64,000 nt of DNA from the human T2T-CHM13v2.0 reference genome, Homo sapiens: assembly GCF_009914755.1 (NCBI RefSeq), contig NC_060943.1, one strand, 5' to 3'. Under the pieces are notes generated by a model. That model searched no databases and was not told the origin of the DNA. It was given only the letters and a program-made list of their open reading frames with translations. Shown here piece after piece: positions 57,017 through 64,000 of this stretch. Each line of letters opens with the position of its first letter. Positions within the stretch are counted from its first letter, which is position 1. Position numbers and translations under genes: made by a program.

Positions 57017-57199
57017 TCAGGGAATGGAGGGAAGCTTGGTGTGGTGGGAATGGAGTGAACAAAGGGGAGATGGGAGAAGGTAAGAGTAGGCTGAAGAAGA
57101 GCAATGGATCTCATGGGACCTCATGGGACCTCGCAGGCACAAGGGAGCCGTCTGGATCTTGTTCCCAGCACGATGAGACCCTTGGATCTTCTTCAATGT

Positions 57200-57490
57200 T
57201 GTGACGTCTGGTTTCTGGATCTGGTTGCCCCTGATCCTCAGTGTCCCTTGGTTTGCAGCCACAGGGCTCCAAGCTCTGCCTCTAACATCACAAGGCATGC
57301 TCCTCCCTGCATCTCTGCGTGTCCTCTTCTCTTCTTATTGGGACACGAGTTATTGGATGTGGGACCTTCCCTCATCTGCTGTGACCTCATCTAAAATAAT
57401 GATATCTGCAAAAATTCGATTTCCAAATGAGGCCACATTCTGTGTTCTGAGTGGACATGAATTTCGGGGGACCCCGTTCCACCTAGTACA
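57200..57490 (-). mobile_element. MLT1A/B-type LTR fragment
   Basis: 'tcttattgggacacgagttattggat...atatctgcaaaaattcgatttccaaatgaggccacattctg'. Confidence 0.75.
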
Positions 57491-58167
57491 GCTAGGAATT
57501 GGCATGGGCTGGACGGAGTGAGTGTGGGTAGAAGTGAGAAAATGCTCACTGACATGGAAGGAAAACCCAGAGAGTTTGGGATGTGCAAACCAAACGAGGA
57601 AAGATTTTAGCAGAGAGGACGAGGTCTAAGTTGTCATGTGTGGTCAACAATTGGATCTGATGAAGACTAAGGACTGGATTGTTTCTGGCAAAGTGGAGAA
57701 TCCTGGGGAACTTGACAAGAGTAGGTCAGTGTGGGTTGGGAATGGAAGCCAGATACCCATGGGCTCGGGAGAGAGGGAGGGGAGAGAGTTGAGGGGAAGG
57801 AGCAGAGAGATGCCTTGGATGTGTTTTGCCTATGAAGGGGCAGTGGCTAGGGAGGAACTTAAGATCTAAAAAGCATTTGTTTTTTTAAGATGGAAGACAA
57901 CACAGTATGTGGGAATGTTGATGGGAAGATCTCATGCAGAGAAGGAAATAGATCGGTTGATGCCAGCAAGAGAAGATGACAAACTGACTTTCCGATGAGC
58001 CACAAGTGATGGGATGCGCTGTTCAGGGGGAGGAGTTGGAAAGAGGATTTGCCAAATGGACAATTTGCCAAATTATGGATCCACTGTAAATGAATTTCTA
58101 CTAAATATTTGTAAACATTACACAAAATCATGCCACCATGGGATGGTGTTAATGGACTTCAAGGGTA

Positions 58168-58392
58168 ACTCTTCTCTTTCTTTTCTTTTCCTTTCCTTTC
58201 TTCCTCCCTCTCTCCCTCCCTTCCTTCCTTCCTTCCTTTCCCTTCCTTCCTTCCTTTCTTTCCCTTCCTTCCTTCCTTTCCCTTCCTTCCTTCCTTCCTT
58301 CCTTCCTTTCCTTTCCCTTCTTTCCTTCCTTTTCCTCCATTCCTTCCTTCCTTTTCCTCCCTTCCCCTCTTTCTGTCTTTCTCTCTTTCTTT
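58168..58392. repeat. (CCTT)n / polypyrimidine tract derived from an Alu tail
   Basis: About 220 bp almost entirely C/T, next to the AluJ at 58390-58669. Confidence 0.92.
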
Positions 58393-58669
58393 TTTCCAAG
58401 ACAGAGTCTTGCTCTGTTCCTCAGGCTGGAGTGCAGTGGTACGATCATGGCTCCTGCAGCCTCCACCTCCTGGGCTCAAGCAATCCTTCCACCTCAGCCT
58501 CCCCAGTAGCTGGGATCACAGTTGCACACCACCACGCCCAGCAATTTTTTGTAGAGATGGGGTTTCTCCATGTTGCCCAGACTGATCTTGAACTCCTGGG
58601 CTCAAGCAATCCTCCTGCCTCAGCTTCCCAAAGTGCTGGGATTACAGGTGTGAGTCACTGCACCCAGCC
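58390..58669 (-). mobile_element. AluJ
   Basis: Antisense dimer. Confidence 0.88.
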
Positions 58670-59479
58670 AGCTTTGATGTTTTAGTTTCATTTCAGCTGA
58701 AATTAAATTTGGTTTCACTGTAGATTTTGTTTCACTTTGGCAGATTTATCTCAGCTCTGTAGCTGATTTGCAAATCAGGCTCAAAGACGCATCAGATTTA
58801 GGTGTAATTCTCATTATAGGCACTGAGCATTTCTCAGATGTCTTACCCATGTTGAAAACATTTGTGTGATCACACTGGGTAACATATCTGTTAAGAGAAT
58901 TTCAAAAGACAGGAGTGAAAATGAGTTGGATAATAGAAACCTGTTCTACCTTTTGTATTACGCTTGGTGGAAGCATCCCGAAATTCTCATTTTAAATATA
59001 AAAATCCTCAGAACACACTGAACTTCAGTTTGGCTACAATGAAGCAGCTACAGCCAATGTAAAGCTAAACTAAAATCTGCCAAAAAAATGAAACGAAAAC
59101 TTCAAGTCAGATCATTTAAACAGCACAGAAGTTTCCAGGAACTCCCTTACAATTGGGATCGCTGTAGCTGTCACAAGGAGTTAAAGGAAACATGCTTCTG
59201 TCGCTGTTAACTAGCTGCATCCGGTGAATTGGGCAAATTTGGCCATTCAGGGAATTAACCATCCACAAAAGTAAATAAATAAATAAATAAAATAAGCCAG
59301 TCATTTGAAGAACTGATTTTCAGGGAATTTATTTAGCGTTGGTAATGTCTAAAAGTTACATGTGTGGTTGTTGGTTTTATGATTATCTTTAATGCATTCC
59401 GATGTATATTTATATATACGATCTTCTCCATGCCTGACATATTTCACGGTAAGATAAAGAAATTCCCGTGGCTTATAAG

Positions 59480-60435
59480 GAATGGAGACTGAATTTGAAT
59501 TCAAGTTGTTTAGAAAGAAATGGATGAGCACTGAACCCACATATTTGAATTTTTTAAAAGTCCAGCTGACAGATGTTGAATCAGCTTATCCCCCTGCTGG
59601 AGAATTTTGCCCCAAGGTAAAAGCAAGCTTTGATTTCAGCACCGTATGCATCGCAGTGAAGTTGGGCAAATGAATGGTGTCTTCCATACACAGCACTACG
59701 TGTTTGGCATACGGAATCCCTCCCTTGCCCAGCAGTAAACAGACTTGAATACACCATCTGTTTGCACACCAACTGTTTGCAAGGAAATTTTTTTTCCTTT
59801 TCTTTTTTTCTCTGTGAAGTTAATGTTGTGACAACTTTATATTTTCTTTTTTTAAAAAAACAGAAATCTGTGTTTGTGTTTACTTAGACCTGGGCTACCT
59901 TAGATGGTTCTCAGGCTCACTTATACACTTTCATGTGTTCCATTAAAAAATGTGATCGCTTTCTTTTTCTTCTGATTTTGGTTGCGAAGGCTAAGAACTT
60001 TCAGAACAGAATTTTGTTTTTGTCTTTAATACGGAGACGTTTCGTGTTGTTCTCTGGTTTTTCAGATGGGTGGACACAGAAAAGACAACTAATACCCTGA
60101 AATTGGTTGAAACTTGATTATTCATTCTTAAAGTCTGATAATTATAACTGTCCAGTAACTTGATAATTCCAGTTCTGTTTTCCTGTTTAGAACCTCTACT
60201 TTCTTATTTGAGAAAAAATGTTTGAGGATGTTATCTCAGTATGTGTTTACTTATCTTAGTACACATTCCCTTGAACTTTTCGCTTATCATGACCATTGAA
60301 ATATCTTGGAACATCAGTGTTAGAAAAGCAGGAAGAACGTGGGAAACTCCCCCTGTGTGCACGGTGGGCCCCTCTATGAATTGCACCAGACAAATTCCAA
60401 ACAAAGTGATGGAGAAAATCCCCCAAGAAAATTAG
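59480..60435. repeat. Ancient paralogous segment B (homologous to 51900-53110)
   Basis: For example 59581-59670 aligns with 51988-52080, and 59735-59766 with 52145-52177. Confidence 0.75.
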
Positions 60436-60562
60436 CAGTCTTTTTTATTCAAACTTTTTTATTCAAACTTTTTGTTGTACTGTGTCAACAGCTCTCTGGA
60501 GACCACCGTGTGCCCCTCCTGTTCCACAGCCACCCCAAAGCAACTGTTAAAGATGTTTTGTG

Positions 60563-60845
60563 GGCTGGGCACAGTGGCTCACACCTGTAATCTCAACACT
60601 TTGGGAGGCGGAGGCGAGCAGATCACCTGAGGTCAGGAGATTGAGACTAGCCTGGCCGACATGGTGAAACCCTGTCTCTATTAAAAATACAATAATTAGC
60701 TGGTTGTGGTGGCAGGCACCTGTAATCCCAGCTACTCAGGAGGCTGAGACAGGAGAATCGCTTGAATCCAGGATGCGGAGGTTGCAATGAGCTGAGATTG
60801 CACTCCAGCCTAGGCAACAAGAGTGAAACTCTGTCTCAAAAAAAG
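60563..60845 (+). mobile_element. AluS
   Basis: Full dimer. Confidence 0.9.
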
Positions 60846-60974
60846 AAGAAGAAGAAAAGGAGGAGGAGGAGGAGGAGAAAGAAGAAGAAGAGGAAGAGGG
60901 AGAGGGAGAGGGAGAAGGAGATGGAGAAGGAGAAGAAGAAGAAGGAAGACGAAGAAGAAGAAGGAGAAGAAGAG
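60845..60974. repeat. (GAA/GAG)n polypurine tract
   Basis: Purine-rich triplet repeats extending the Alu tail. Confidence 0.9.
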
Positions 60975-60983
60975 CAGCTACCT

Positions 60984-61434
60984 TGACAGGAACGTCCACC
61001 TTGGAAGGTGACATGCTCTGGGTGAAAAGGAAAGTTGGTTTTATTCCAGAAGTGGCACCCCTGGGGAGGCGGTGAACAGTGGAGGCGTGTTCCAAGACCA
61101 CCTCTCCACGTGTGCCTCCGGATCAGGGAAATTAGGGGAGCTTAAATGATGGTCAAAGTGCTTTTGGGAAACGTGCACGGGCTCAGGCGGACAGTTAATC
61201 GCGGCTTCCTTGGTCAATGTCCCTGGCCTTCTGCAGGAATGCTCAAGCTGTTCTTATCAGGGCGGTCAGCACATTCCCAGGGTGGCTGGTCAGCTGCTCT
61301 CTCTTTTATCTCTGTTGAAGGCCTTGTTCTCCGGAGGCTGTTTTTAATAAAGAAGCTACAAACTCGAGCAAAGCAAGGATTCTATGCAAGCAAGCAAGCA
61401 AGCTTTTCTCTAACACGGAGTCAGTACTGTGACA
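60984..61434 (-). mobile_element. ERV1-class LTR (subfamily uncertain)
   Basis: Minus strand begins 'tgtcacagtactgactccgtgttagag', has AATAAA near 61040 and ends in CA. Confidence 0.55.
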
Positions 61435-61794
61435 CAACTTCACTGTCTTCATCCTGTCCAACTCCTCACCTTGGAAAGCCTCCCCTGCACCCCCATTGTT
61501 TAAAACAACCACAAAACCCTCTGCACAGCTTTCTTCCCCGAGTCCTCCTGGTGATTCTGCACCTCCTGGGTCTTCTCATTCACTGAACTGAGTGGGTTCC
61601 TTCTCAAAACCTGACCTTTAAATACAGACGTTTCTGAAGGACTCTGTCCGGGGCTCCTTCCCTTCCCTCTCCACATCCTCTCCTTGGTGGATTTCATGGG
61701 CCGCTTGGCTTTATATGCCGTCCATATGCCCCAGACTCCCTGCTGTAGACTGACTGTGTGCACCCATTCCCCATTCTTATGTTGAACTCTTACC

Positions 61795-62548
61795 TTCACT
61801 GTTTTCCACAATGGCTGAACTAATCTACACTCCCACCAACAGTCTGTAAGCATGCCCTTTTCTCTGCCACCTTGCCAGCATCTATTATTTTTTTACTTTT
61901 TAGCAGTAGCTATTCTGACTGGTGTGAGACAGTATCTCATTGTGGTTTTGATTTGCATTTTTCTTAATGATCACTGATACTGAGCTTTTATATATATATA
62001 TACTTCTTGACCCATCAATCCCATTACTGGGTGTACACCCAGAGGAATATAAATCATTCTATCGTAAAGACACATGCACATGTATGTTCATTGCAGCACT
62101 ATTCATGGTGGCAAAGACATGGAATCAACCTAAATGCCCATCAACAGTAGACAGGATAAAGAAAACGTGGTACATATATGCCATGGAATACTATGCAGTC
62201 ATAAAAAGAGACAAAATCATGTCCTTTGCAGGAATATGGATGGAGCTGGAGGCCATTAACCTTAGCAAAGTAACACAGGAACAGAAACCAAATACCACAT
62301 GTTCTCAATTATAAGTGGGAGCTAAGTGATGAGAACACATGGACACATAGAGGGGGAACAACACACACTGGGGCCTATGGTGGAGGATGGGAGGAGAAAG
62401 AAGATCAGGAAAAAATAGATAATGGGTACTAGGCTTAATACTTGGGTGATGAAATAATCTGCACAACAAACTCCTGGGACATGCATTTACCTATATCACA
62501 AACTGTACATGTACCCCAAACTTAAAAGTTAATGAAAAAGAGAAAGAA
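61795..62548 (+). mobile_element. L1PA element with a 5' inversion
   Basis: 61795-61990 is antisense ORF2; 62005-62540 is sense (DPSIPLLGVHPEEYKSFYRKDTCTCMFIAALF...) plus 3'UTR. Confidence 0.88.
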
Positions 62549-62721
62549 ATGTTGCCCTCTAAGGTGATGGTGTTAGGAGGCGCCTTCCAGGACCGTCTAC
62601 TCTAAGAGGATCTCCTGGGTTATTTGCTGTGTCTGCTTCTGTGGTCTGGCCTTCACAACACTTAGTACAGTTCCTACTTATTTTATTTACTGGCCTATTT
62701 CCTGTTTTTTGTTTCTCTCTA

Positions 62722-63410
<689 letters not shown>

Positions 63411-63420
63411 TCACCCCGTA

Positions 63421-63663
63421 CCTTCGTAACTACAGCCTCATCCTCCTGATGCGATTTCACTGTTATGCTTATAGGACTTAACACGTTAATCACAGCCCTT
63501 TACTCTCTGTACACACTAATCACCACACAGCAAGGAATATTTACATACCACATCAACAATATTAAATCCTCATTCATGCAAGAAAATACCCCAATACCGA
63601 TACACCTAACACCCCTTCTCCTATTATCCTTAAACCCCAAAATGATTTTGAGTTTTACATGCT
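63421..63663 (+). pseudogene. ND4: NUMT: 3' part of mitochondrial ND4
   Basis: GLNTLITALYSLYTLITTQQG...PLLLLSLNPK matches the ND4 C-terminus; directly followed by tRNA-His. Confidence 0.93.
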
Positions 63664-63732
63664 GTTGTTATAGTTTAACCAAAACATTAGATTGTGGATC
63701 TAATAACAGAAGTCTACAATTTCTTATCTACC
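63664..63732 (+). tRNA. NUMT pseudo-tRNA-His (mitochondrial)
   Basis: 69 nt, 'tatagtttaaccaaaacattagattgtggatctaa', GTG anticodon. Confidence 0.88.
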
Positions 63733-63791
63733 GAGAAAGTATGCAAGAACTGGTAACTCATGCCCCAATATATAACAATATGGCATTCTCA
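63733..63791 (+). tRNA. NUMT pseudo-tRNA-Ser(AGY)
   Basis: 59 nt, 'gagaaagtatgcaagaactggtaactcatgcc'; anticodon changed GCT>GGT. Confidence 0.88.
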
Positions 63792-63862
63792 ACTTTTAAA
63801 GGATTAGAGTTAACCATTGGTCTAAGGAACCAAAAACACTGGTGCAACTCCAAATAAAAGTA
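63792..63862 (+). tRNA. NUMT pseudo-tRNA-Leu(CUN)
   Basis: 71 nt, 'acttttaaaggat...ggtgcaactccaaataaaagta'; anticodon changed TAG>AAG. Confidence 0.88.
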
Positions 63863-64000
63863 ATAAGTACATTTTCCTCCCATACTGTAACACCCCTAAT
63901 ATCACTAATTTTACCAACTGCTGCTACCTTAACTGACATCTACTATAGTGATTTGTACCCCAATTACGTAAAATCATCCATTGCATGCACCTTTGCCATT
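63863..64000 (+). pseudogene. ND5: NUMT: 5' part of mitochondrial ND5 (continues beyond the window)
   Basis: ATA start after tRNA-Leu; 'tacccccaattacgtaaaatcatccattgcatgcaccttt' resembles ND5 YPxYVKS; early in-frame stop. Confidence 0.85.

Noticed and set aside
58014-58685. 223-aa ORF and overlapping Arg/Lys/Glu-rich ORFs
   Set aside because: Read-through of the (CCTT)n tract plus an Alu
58680-60435. Assignment of duplicate B to a hAT transposase, LINE reverse transcriptase or RhoGAP
   Set aside because: Isolated motif resemblances (FKYVGS, GKIP, LFGI) are not in the right order or spacing; left unassigned
63465-63857. 130-aa ORF and apparently functional tRNAs
   Set aside because: NUMT: ND4 tail read through tRNA sequence in the nuclear code; two anticodons are mutated and ND5 has an early stop

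Overview
Primate (human-like) nuclear DNA. It is very rich in interspersed repeats: about 50 Alu copies, L1MB/L1PA/L1PB, L2, MIR, MaLR/ERV1/ERVL LTRs and Tigger/Charlie/Blackjack DNA transposons. I could not support any intact cellular protein-coding exon. A CpG-island promoter at ~5.3-6.1 kb (NRF1, ETS and YY1-like motifs) probably drives an unidentified gene leftwards; the rest looks intergenic. The notable non-routine items are: (1) an RFX X-box + CRE + MYB motif module at 7.8 kb; (2) a compound VNTR of seven E-box-bearing units separated by (GT)n at 14.7-15.1 kb; (3) two templated insertions copied from 26.0-26.4 kb into an L2 and an MLT1 at 29.3-29.7 kb, in swapped order; (4) an isolated, disabled HERV-FRD/syncytin-2-type env fragment at 51.2-51.6 kb; (5) an ancient, roughly two-thirds-identical paralogous pair (51.9-53.1 kb vs 59.5-60.4 kb) with coding-like substitutions and a shared hairpin; (6) two 5'-inverted L1s; (7) a young AluYc-type insertion; (8) an old NUMT (ND4-tRNAHis/Ser/Leu-ND5) running off the right edge. 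Repeat subfamily names come from remembered consensus sequences and all boundaries are approximate.
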